This document shows positions 41,466-52,067 of a DNA stretch of 64,000 nt, piece after piece (the stretch's first letter is position 1; each line of letters starts with the position of its first letter). The stretch comes from Strigamia acuminata (lineage: Eukaryota), in NCBI GenBank assembly GCA_949358305.1, contig OX442314.1:16058001-16122000 (forward strand). Direction: 5' to 3'. The position numbers and the translations under genes were made by a program. The notes beneath the pieces are model-generated. The model searched no databases and was not told the DNA's origin. It was given only the letters and a program-made list of their open reading frames with translations.

Positions 41466-44400
41466 ATGGGTGGACGACCTAGCAAAAGATCAGTGGACAT
41501 CACCACGCCGCCCAAGGAAGGGATCAATGATGAAGTGAAAATTAATAGCAAGGAAGAGAATGGAATTGCTGCTGCCGACGGAACTGCCGTTGTTGAAAAT
41601 AATTGCGTCGCTCAACCACAAGTAATAGAAGACAAAGGTGACTGCGAAGAGGTGACGACGACGAACGAAAAGGTGGAAACTACTACTGTGGATACCGAAG
41701 CCGAGAAGGGCGACACCACGAAGGACGAGAAGACCGAGAAAACTGAAAACAACGAAAAAAAGAAAGAGAAGGCCGAGAAACCCAAGAAAGAGAAAAAAAG
41801 CAGCAGTTTTCGGTTTTTCAGAAGGGCGACGAAAAAATCGTCCATTGATCAAGGAGCTAATGGAGATGTTGACAATAAAACCATTCCAGAAGATGAGAAA
41901 ACTGAGGTTTGTATACAAATGCGGTAAAAATTATAAGTTGTCTCGGGAATTTATGATTTTTATCCTGAATTAATCGTGACATTCTAGTCCCTAAATGCGT
42001 GTTTTCTGTCATTGAGCCAAAATTTTGATTCTCTTACGAGGATTTAAACTTGACGCTAAATCTAGTAACAGCCATTCGTTCCATGTGCTTGACAGAGGCA
42101 AAGTTCCAAGGTTTTGCCTCCAGAGGTGAAATGCATAACATTTGCGAAGAATGTTTTCATTAATCAGAAGGAAGGACTGTGAAGTTAATTGCTTCCTTTC
42201 CTTTGTCAGTTGCATCATGGATCGCGATGTTTTTCGGAGCACCATTAGCCGACACTATTAGCCACTGACGGTTTATAATCGTAGAACGAGATAATGTGCT
42301 CAGCTAATCTCATAAATGTTAACATAATGTAAACAGACACGCTTCAGCAATTAGAAATATACTTTGTGGCTAATACGAGTACTTGAAGAAACTCGTCACG
42401 CGTGGTGCTCTAGATTCATATATATGTATGCAAACTCGATGTGAAATAGCTCGGGTTGGTATCCATCTGCTCCCGTGTTTTTCTCCCCTTTCCTCTGGGC
42501 ATTACTCTGGTTTTGACGTGCAAGCTGCCTTCATTTCTCGTGTTGACAGCATGATTGAAGTAGGAAGAGGTTCTTGTTGACTTAACAGTCTAGGCCTGCT
42601 GTTAGCTATACGTTTATACATTTTTTTTTTTTTTTTTTTTGCTGAGACTGGAGTATCTAAAGTTTCAGTTTTATCGTAACGAATTTCCAAGGTTTGGTTG
42701 ATGGATGCAAGGACAGGCGACCCGAGCCATCTTGATGGGCACGGTAATCTAAAATGGGAAAATTGGGGTAAAAGATAAGGAGGTCTTTTATATCTTATCT
42801 TTTGTATCGGACGTCTGTCGGAAATTAGGGGAAGATGTCTAATTGTAGACAATGGGCCCAAAATGGCTTCCGCTGAGTGTCATTCATCCACAATGCACAT
42901 GTGATTAATATTGATTATAGTAATGCTTTGTCAGACGATTCCCGAGTGATTCTCATGGATGAACTTAACTATAACGTGATGTAATTACGTGGAACCATTC
43001 GGGTTTGAAAATAATTTTAGCCTTTTATGTCATGTGGTGACTATGCAACTTGAGTCACTAATCTCGGTGTTGATAAGCGCGGTGCTGAGTCAAAAAATGT
43101 TATGTTTAACTTAATACGTATTTCACAAGATGTGGATAAAGTTTGTTGGCAATTTGTCATTATCGCGAGTGAAGTGCGGCAGGAATTTGGGTCTTTTGGA
43201 CGCGAATGATATCAACATCCTTCGTTGCAGCTTGCAATGGCCTAGAATTATTTTTGAGTAAAAACTATTTCCTGTTCTCTTGCCAAACCACGAAAAACAC
43301 AACACACACACCCTGTTGCCTATTTTAAGCGGTCGAAAGGGGGGTGGAAATGGTCTGTTTAGATAGCTTTGCTTTTGCAACCATCATTTGACTTGATGCA
43401 AGTTCCAGGGCCTGGTGGTAGTGTTAAGCCTAAACTCCAAAGCAAATAGCTTGTGGCTCATTAAGTTGCTTGCCGCTTGTGCCACGACTCTGGACACAGT
43501 GGTTGAGAATTGGTTAAAGAATTTGCAAGCGCTCCGAATTTGAGTATTTAAAGGGGTGGATGCGAGCAGGAGCCATTGAGTTTGATAATGGATCCAATTG
43601 AGGTAAGTTAAACCGGAGTTCGGTGCTAATTTAAATTAAGTCGATTGTGCTGATGCGTGCTTGGATTTTAAGTCTAATTTTCATTTCGAGCCAATTAAAA
43701 CTTGAGTTGAAAGTTTGTAATTGGTTTTTTTTTGTATTTGACTATATGCGATTTCAAGTTGAAATGCGGCAATGGTAAGTTCTGGTAAACGTGTTTCAAT
43801 ATATTTTTCGCGAAAATTCACGATTTTGAATTTTTTCGAAAAATCTTGTTGAATTTGTGTTTTTTAGTGTCGTTGCCACACATGGAGATCATAAAAAGAA
43901 GGGGAAGGGGTTTTTCAACCCCTTTATTTTTATTTTTGCATTTTTTTAAGACTCCATGTGGGGCTTTTGACTTGCCCTTATAAGGTCTTGGTTTCTGTTA
44001 ACCAATTGGAAATGGAGTTGGGGGCTTCTTGTCTGTCACTTGAGCTAATGAAGAGACATTTGTTGTCGAGACCCATTCACACTGCTCTGGAAGCGCACAG
44101 CTGGTTTAAGTGCATCTGGTTCGGTTTGGAAATTTGTCACAAGCGCATGATGGGAAATTCGGTTGACAATAGGGGTGTCTTTATGCCCTTGTTCTCCCAT
44201 CATTTCCCCCTCCGTTTTGTGTACTAATACGCAGAGAATCCATTCAATGGCGATTAATTTCTTAGTTCTGCAGGAAACATGAATGATTTTTGCTATTTTT
44301 AGACGTTGGAATTTTTTGATGACACTTGTGGGGGTATGACGTATTAATGTCAGGTTTAGTAGGTCGTTACTGACTGGGAGCAACCATCTTGAAGTCATTT

Positions 44401-47050
44401 ATCATAATTTGAAGAGGTGATGGCTGATAGTGATGGTTCAGGTGTTTTTGTTGTTCGCAATAACAGGATTTGCTGTCTGCGAGTGTAGGGACCAGCTGCT
44501 GATAATGAGTTTAGGCTTGAGATCTTTCACGGGTTGAGTTAGTTTGTAATTTAAAAAGTAAAAGAAAAAAAAAACTTTTACATTAGTTTTTATTTGTTTG
44601 TAGTTTAAGTTTTATGTAAAGTTTGAATCGGCCCATTCAGTTTCTTTGTATGTGAAATTTAATGTCGTAAATGAAAGAAAGAAAAACAGGAAGACATTAA
44701 TCATGAGTGAAATGTTTTATTTACGTGTGAGTCATTGCGGTGAATAAAATGTTAATTTGTATGAATCTTATTTTTAATTTCAGTCAAAAACGGAGACTAG
44801 TCAAGCTGCTGAAGGTGCACAAGAAGCGAAGCCTGAGGAAGCCAAAAAGGAGGAAACTGCAGCTGTTGGATCGGAAGAGAAAGGTGCAGGGGATGCTCCA
44901 GCCGCCCCTTTAGCCACAGGTACTAAAAGTTGCACTTTTACTGCGCATTTTTGTTTCGGTTTCAGTGATATGCGAGATAACTACAGCTGTTGTTGGTAGT
45001 AAATTGATTCTTGATCTCGTGATTTGGTTTGTGCTATTTTTAGATGCACAGATGCTCGTGTTGCAAACGAGATGTTTTGAAAAGTTTTTTGTTGTTGTGT
45101 TGTTACTTTGTTCTATTTTTAAACTTTGATTTTAATTTTTTGTTTTTGTAAATTTAGTAGAGAAAATTGAAGTTAAGGTTGAAGAAACTGTATCCGAGGC
45201 TAAGGTACCAGAGCCAGTAGCTGAAGCGAAAGAAGAGGAAGTAAAACCGCAAGAAATTGCACCACCGAAAGAAGAGAAAGTAGAATCAGCACCAGTGGAA
45301 GTCGAAGAAGTTAAATCAAAGGTATAATCGCATCGTAGCAATTTATTAAGCAGTTAATGACTCTTGTTTAATTTGTAGGTTGAAGAAACGCCAAAAGTTG
45401 AAGCTGTTCAGGAACCAGTAGTTGAAGCTCCTCAAACTCCATCCCCTCTACCTCCACCCACAGTAGAAAGTCCGCCACCTCCTCCCGAGGAGCCTGAAAA
45501 ATTGCCAGTCACTTTGGCTGAACCAGTTGTGGTCGTTCAAGCTGCCACTCCCGAACAAGCTCCACCCAGCCCTGATCTATCTAATAAGAGTCCGAGTCCT
45601 TTACCTGAAACGGTTTCTCCAGCTTCCGAAAGTCCTGTATCCGAGTCTCCCATTCCACCTCCCGAAGACCCCACATCTATTAGTCCTCCTCCACCACCTC
45701 TGGCTGAATCTCCCGAAGTTCCAGAAGCAGAAGTTTTGCCAGAACCGCCCGTGGAACCAACCGAATCGTCTCCCGTTCCTCAAAGCGACGACATTCTGCC
45801 ACCACCTATGGAAATTCAGCAGGTAGCGACAGCGCAAGAGGTTGAACCCGTTTCTCAATAATTTCGTATAAATTGTGTTTATTTGTAAAAATGAAAGGAA
45901 AAGAAACGTCGTAAAGATAAATTTGGTGTTAAGAAATTTTTTTTTTTTTGTGATTAATGTTTGAAGTTTTGCATGAATTAAGTTCAGTTTATTTTTTGTT
46001 TATTTTTTTCTTTTTCGTTTTTGGGAAAGTACAAGTTTTGTGAAAAGTGAAATTAAATTTACGATGGTAGTTTAAAATAATTTTTTTTTTTTTTATACCT
46101 GTACGAATTATTTTTTACTAATTACGAAATTTGTTATTCGTTTTTTTATTACTAATTAGAATTAACGTGTGTGTAATTTAATTCATTCCGGACCATAAGG
46201 GGAAAGATGGAATTTAATATTTTTGAGAGAATAAATAATTTAAAAAAGAAAGTCAAAATTTTCATTTAATTTATATTTTTTCTTATTTGTACGAAAATTA
46301 ATAAAATGTTTCATTTAAAACATTTTTTTTTGTTTTTGTTTTATTTTATAGTTTTATTATTTATTTTTAAATGGGGGGGATGAGGGTTCCTAAAAGTGAG
46401 GCATAAAGGCGAATATTCGTGTATTTAAACGGGTTTTATTTCGGCTCTGAGCAATACGTACAGTATACATACGTATTACATTTTGGTTATTGGCTGGAAT
46501 ATTTTTTTAGGTGGAAAATATCGCGAACAAAACTGCATCAAGTGTCGCTACAACTATACAGTGGGAACACGGAGGTAACGAAGTTGCAATGACTGGTTCT
46601 TTTTTCGATTGGACCGATTCCATGCCAATGATTGAAAGGTTTGTTACGAAATATTGTTTCCGGTTTCATCTGACGGCTTATTTTATCTGTATTTAACAGT
46701 GAGGGTGTTTTCACCATTGACGTCGATCTACCCGAAGGTGAACATTATTGTAAGTTTTTTGTGGATGGAAATTGGACTGTCAACAGTTCTAAAGTAGGTT
46801 TACAATGAACTAAAATTCATACAGTACTGTCCTTTCAACAAGAAAATTGTTTTGTGAGCAAAAAAAAAAATTCTAGGTAGAATTTGTGAATAAATAAATA
46901 AATAAATGTTTTGTTGCAAGGACAGATTTAATGCTGAAATTAGTTATATAATTAATCGTTGATATTTATTTTTTTTAGCCGGTAATGGAACTTGATGGCC
47001 AGGGTCAAGTGAACATGATAATGGTTAGGGTAGGGGGTAGTGAAGAGTGA
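41466..47050 (+). CDS. Myristoylated Akap200/MARCKS-like acidic, Pro-rich protein with a C-terminal AMPK-beta-type carbohydrate-binding module (CBM48), ~492 aa
   Basis: Phase-compatible GT-AG exons 41466-41906, 44784-44919, 45158-45321, 45379-45822, 46511-46638, 46700-46793, 46979-47050 (1479 nt). N-terminus MGGRPSKRSVDITT (MGxxxS myristoylation motif). Basic/Phe cluster KPKKEKKSSSFRFFRRATKK. C-terminus TIQWEHGGNEVAMTGSFFDW...DLPEGEHYCKFFVDGNW...PVMELDGQGQVNMIMV matches the AMPK-beta glycogen-binding domain. Confidence 0.85.
43545..43602 (+). promoter_or_regulatory. Candidate internal promoter and alternative first coding exon (MDPIE)
   Basis: TATTTAAA at 43545-43552 and Inr-like CCATTG 30 nt downstream. 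ATG in good context at 43588. Perfect donor AG|GTAAGT at 43603, phase 0, matching exon 44784. Confidence 0.55.
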
Positions 47051-49269
47051 ATTCTGCCATTTTATTGTGGATTCTACAAGTAGTCAAGTCCAAGAAAAGG
47101 TCATTCCATTCATCCTTCTGTTTTCTTTTAATTCTTTCATCATCAAGTCATAACGAATTTTGATAGATGCATATTCCAAAACATTTGTTTTTTAGAGATT
47201 AAAATAAACCTGAATGGCAGCTGTCGATTTTGTACCAATCATCCATCTTTTGTTAGCAACGGAAATTTTCTAAAAGGGCAAATACATTATTTACAGGGAA
47301 ACATAACGAAATTACGTGCCATAATGGAAGTTTAAACAAATTATTTACATGATACGTTTTTTAACAACAGAATATATGAAAGGAACCACTTTCGACTGCA
47401 TTTCTTTTTTACTCCAAATTGATTTTGAGACATTTGTATCGAACTTCCTAACAAATTTGTGCACAATTATCAGTAGAAAATTTTCGGGCCATTAACGATG
47501 ACCTAACATGAAGTATATTCACATCATTCTGTAGAAAGTAGATGGTTATTTTTAACTTGAAAGATTAAAAAGAAATAATAGTCACATGCCATGTTTAAGA
47601 ATATTTTTTTTATGAGCAAAAACATTTTTTTTTTTCAAATTAATTTTTTTTTTAATTTTTAAGTTATATAATTAAAGATCTGCTTGTGTGATGAAAAATG
47701 TATACTGAAGAAAGAATATAGGCTTTAATTTTTAGATAAAAGTTGACAAACAAACCAAAGGATAGGAAAATCTAAAAATTTGTTGGCCTGGAGAATTTTG
47801 GTGATTACGACTAAATAACTCGTGAGAATTCCCACCAATAGTTCATGTATAACAGTTACTCATTCTCGTTATTACCAATTGTAAATTAAATCATGTTTAA
47901 CATTCTTGTTTTAATTTAAAAAAAAAGAAAAAAAAATAATGGCCAATTTTTAAATATTTTTTTTTCTTCTTTTAAATAATTTTTGTTTTTAGCCGAATGA
48001 TACGTGTTAAAGATCTCTCTGCTCTGTATATCCTTAAAAAAAATCCCCGTCTTTGATCTGTTTCATCGAAATAAAATGTTTCATTTAAAAAAATCCTCAC
48101 GTTTTACTTTCCCACTGCCCACTTGTGTGTTGCATTAGTTTTAGCATTTTGCATTTTATTTATTAATGTAACTTCTTACATAACTTTAAATTTTATTATA
48201 GGCTCTCTCTCTCTATCTCTATCTCTATCTCACTTAAAGGTTGTGAAAGTTGAAAACATTTCCACAAATTGTCATAGAATTGCACTATTAGACTAAATGG
48301 ATAAGTAGGTTTGAGGTGGAATCAGTTACTGCTTCTTTTTTCTTGGCAAACAACTGATTTTGGCTTAAGTCTTCTGTGTATTTGGTGTTGTCCACACATA
48401 ATTACCGTATAGATATTCGGTGGGAAAGCAAAATATTTTTGTTTGCTCAATTATATACAGTTGGAATCTTTGTAAAATGTACAACTACAGATGCATTTCA
48501 AATTTGTAAATTTTTTACTTATTTTTTTTAAACGAGTTTTGTTTTCCACAACTGTTGTGATATGAGTAGAAAACTTCCCGTTATTCTATTTCGTTTTTAG
48601 TTTTATTTCTATACATTAAACAACAAGCAAGCAGATTAGGAGAGAATGTATAAATTTTCTCACCATATTTCCCTTTTCCTAAATTAGGTCCAATTTCTGT
48701 GCTCAACTAAATTACATTTATTCCTCTATTTTAGTATTTTTAGGTGATTAGTCGGACGGTGGATAAATTGCAGCTTTTTGCATATGTTAGTAACTTTTTA
48801 ATAAAAAAAAATGTAGTGTAAATTAATGATTTTTTTTAATAAAAGAGAAAAGAAAAGCTTTTGTTAAAAAAACTGATACAGCGAATTTTAATCATTACGT
48901 ACCGAATTTCTGGTGTTTCACAAATAAATACATTTTAAAAAATGTGAAAATGTTTATTTTGATTATTATTAATGTAGGTAAAGAAATGTTTTGTATTCAT
49001 TTTCATACATGTTCGATTTAATTTTCAATAATGTTGTAGTTTAATTTTCAATTTTGCAATGGATATCAAAATGAAACCAAAAAAAAGTTTTTGCACAAAT
49101 TTTTTTAAGTGTGAGTATCTCGATGTGTACGTGATTTATGTGCATCCCAAATTTCCCTCAATCCTTTTCTGTATTACATAACGAACAATAAAACAATTCG
49201 AGAATTTCATTAGTGCAATCATCCTTTCTTTTATTAGAAAAATAAAACAAAATTACTTTTTTCACCCTT

Positions 49270-49536
49270 TGTTGTTGTTGCTGCTGATGTTGCTGTTGGT
49301 TGTTAAAGAACAACCGAAAAACCCCACGCTAGGCAATTTTAGACCCTAGTCGAATTTAGAGGGAGGAAAAGCCGGAGAACCCCGGTGAGAAAACCCTCGA
49401 TAACGAGTAGGTTGCCAGCGAACCTACAACGCGTACAATCCCCATCTTATGCGAAGGAATCGGACTCGACCTCGCGATGGCAAACTTTTGGATGCAGAGG
49501 CGTTGGGCACAGATGATCTGCGCCACTCGTTACCCC
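49270..49536 (-). mobile_element. SINE with a V-domain-like central motif and a (CAA)n tail
   Basis: Minus strand has a degenerate tRNA-like head (GTGGCGCAG...GGTCGAGTCC), the central motif GGGTTTTCTCACCGGGGTTCTCCGGCTTTTCCTCCC resembling the V-SINE core, and a CAA/CAG repeat tail. Confidence 0.6.
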
Positions 49537-49942
49537 GACCAAAATGGCTTTGTGAAGTCTTTAATATATAAAATGATAAAGCGCTTGTTTGTAAATAAAT
49601 TTAATATTTCGACATTGTTTATTGGTTTACATTTACACCAAAAGAATGAATGAAAATGTCAGTTTGTTGTTGGTTATCGCAATCCCATTTGCTCCTTTCA
49701 GTCTTTTCATTCTTTTTTAAAATTTGTCAATAGATGGCAATATGCAACTGTTAAATCAGCAAGCTCATTGGTTGGTCGTGCGTGTAAACAATTTCGGCCA
49801 TTTGTAATTTTAACAAACGAAACAAACCTTTCTGACTTTTCCATACCATACGGTAAGACGAAATATATTTTCCGAATGAAGTGGCATATTAATTACATTT
49901 TCTCATGGTTATTTACACTTTTTTAATACTGTCCAACAGATC

Positions 49943-50919
49943 ATGAACTTTGAAACAAGCGACACTGGGCCTGGTTTCGTGGGGATCAAATTTTGTCAGG
50001 AATGGTACGTGAGATCAAATAGATGTTTATTATTTTTGTGTTTTGTTAGTTCTAAACATATTTTTATGTTTATTTTCAGTAACAACATGTTGTATCCGAA
50101 AGAAGACAAAGAGAACCGGGTTTTATTATATGCCGTAAGAAACATTGAAAAAAATTTTGCTTTCCTCTTACTAATACGTCTTTAATTCATTTTGTTTAGT
50201 GTCGTAACTGCGATTACCAACAGGTAGCCGATAATAATTGCATCTATGTGAACAAAATCACCCACGAAGTTGAGTAAGTAGAAATATCTAAATATCACAA
50301 TACGTAAACATATAAAAAAAAAAATAATAATAATTTAAAAATGTATAAATATTCTGGGAATTTTTTATGTTTATTGTCGAAATGGGTTTTTTCCGTAGTG
50401 AATTGACTCAAATAGTAAGTGAAGTGATCTCAGATCCAACTCTCCCTCGAACAGAGGATCATTCGTGCCCACGATGCAGTCACACAGAAGCTGTTTTCTT
50501 TCAATCTTCTTCTCGTCGCTCAGAAGTTGGTCGCAATTCCACTTGATATCCCCTTTAATAATTTAAAACATTTAATTTTTTTGTGCGTGTTATTAATCTT
50601 TTGTTCATGTTTTATCAAACTAAAACTTAATTGTGCATGTCGCTTGCAGTGAGCTAACTCAAATAATCGGAGATGTCATTTCTGATCCAACCCTACCCCG
50701 TACTGATGACCATCCATGTCCCAAATGTGACATAAAAGAAGCTGTTTTTTTCCAAACACATTCCAGTAGAGCCGAGGTAAAATTAGCACTAACGACACAT
50801 AATAGTTGTAGTATTTTAATACAAGACATAAAGTAATCATTTTCTTTTAATTACAGGATGAAATGCGACTGTATTATGTCTGCACCAACCCAAAATGCAT
50901 GCATCGATGGACTGAATAA
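49943..50919 (+). CDS. POLR2I: DNA-directed RNA polymerase II subunit RPB9 (126 aa per isoform)
   Basis: Exons 49943-50004, 50080-50134, 50200-50273, [50399-50525 or 50650-50776], 50857-50919. Protein has [34 protein letters not shown]...[25 protein letters not shown]...EAVFFQ...[20 protein letters not shown], with two zinc ribbons. A likely non-coding exon ends at 49852 (donor GTAAGA). Confidence 0.97.
50399..50525 (+). CDS. POLR2I: RPB9 alternative exon 4a (127 nt)
   Basis: TAG acceptor and GTTGGT donor. Encodes [42 protein letters not shown] with no stops. Confidence 0.85.
50650..50776 (+). CDS. POLR2I: RPB9 alternative exon 4b (127 nt)
   Basis: CAG acceptor and GTAAAA donor. Encodes [42 protein letters not shown] with no stops. 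Confidence 0.9.
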
Positions 50920-50987
50920 ACGATTTTTCTACTTTTAATTTGAATTAGAAAATATCTAGTTATCTGTATTATTAATAAATCACTAAG

Positions 50988-52067
50988 TTATAAAAACTGG
51001 TCAAATTCCTCAGTAAAAACGTCGTCGTCGAGTACGGTAGTTTCCCAATCTACACGCTGCATTAACGTCGCCAAATCGTCGTCGTGAACATCGGACAATC
51101 CACGAATTGATTTTCGTCGTGTATCTGTGATAGAGGAATTTGATTTTGCCTCGTTGAAAGGAATTAATGTTGCTTTACCTGCAGCTTGTAAATTGGAATT
51201 TGAAGCTGAGCGATGTGATCCTGCTCTGTGCGTTGTTGTTGCTGAGGTTGACGTTTTGCTATAAGATGAAATCCTTCGAGTTTTTGAAACCGATGTTCGC
51301 GAGGATGTTCTGCGATAGGATCCGATTCTTTGCATTTTTGAATTTGATGTTTTGCGAGACGTTCCAGTTGGTTTGGTTATTGGTGGAACGTTCTTTAAAA
51401 CGATGCTTTTTATTAGTAAAGTTTGATGAGCGTCAAATGTCTTAAACGAACTTCTAGATTGCTTTTTCTAAGCCCGAGAATGCTGTTTCCAAGGGCCGCG
51501 TTGGTGGATAGACGATAGAACATGTTTGGCAACGGATTTTGAGGAATTCCTGACGCTTTTCTGTCACTGCGTTGTTGTCTTGCGCGACGGTTTTGAAACC
51601 AAACCTACGGTAAATTGTTATTATAGTAAATTAATGCGTACACAAATATGTTAAATTAAATACTATAATTTTGCGCTCTGTTATTTTCATTATTTTTGAA
51701 AGAGTTCTGAACTGCTGTCGACTCGGGTATCTATTAATCGAGAACTCTTTTTCCAATCTGATTACGTGATGTTTGGAGTATCGTTGACGCTCATCTTGTG
51801 CGTCTAGTGTAATAAAATTAAAGTAAATTAGGGTTAATATCTCTGGGTTTAAATTGCATCTAAGTTTTACAGCTGCAATCACGCAGGAAATTAAAGGATT
51901 GGTGCGTCGGAGGAGTCTTTTCTCTTAAGTTAATATGGTTTAAAAATCAATAACACTTCAAAAACATGTGGTGCTTTTCTAAATAATTTAGTTTCCAAAT
52001 TGATGCGACTTAACTTACCATTATTACTATTGCAGGCGCTCCAGCTTGGTCTGTTTTCCTTCTCCAT
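50988..52067 (-). CDS. Divergent Q50 homeobox transcription factor (PRD-class-like), ~230-250 aa
   Basis: Exons (minus strand) ~52067-52019 (start uncertain), 51803-51664, 51604-51452, 51392-50988, with a possible extra in-frame intron 51178-51125. Homeodomain RQRYSKHHVIRLEKEFSINRYPSRQQFRTLSKIMKITERKII|VWFQNRRARQQR has L16, F20, YP25-26 and WFQNRR. Acidic C-terminus DDDVFTEEFDQFL. Confidence 0.8.

Noticed and set aside
41490..41918. Antisense ORFs over the first coding exon of the Akap200-like gene
   Set aside because: Shadow ORFs caused by biased Lys/Glu codon use on the sense strand.
46511..47050. Canonical AMPK beta subunit gene
   Set aside because: The ORF stops at 47050 right after the CBM. 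No alpha/gamma-binding C-terminal exon is visible before RPB9, and the N-terminal region is far longer and Akap200-like.
50399..50776. Duplicated RPB9 exon as an assembly or haplotype artefact
   Set aside because: The copies differ at most silent sites and their flanking introns are unrelated. An artefact would be near-identical.
51413..51470. Frameshift or pseudogenisation of the homeobox gene
   Set aside because: A 59-nt GT-AG intron (51451-51393) with a CTAAT branch-like motif restores the frame to the acidic C-terminus.
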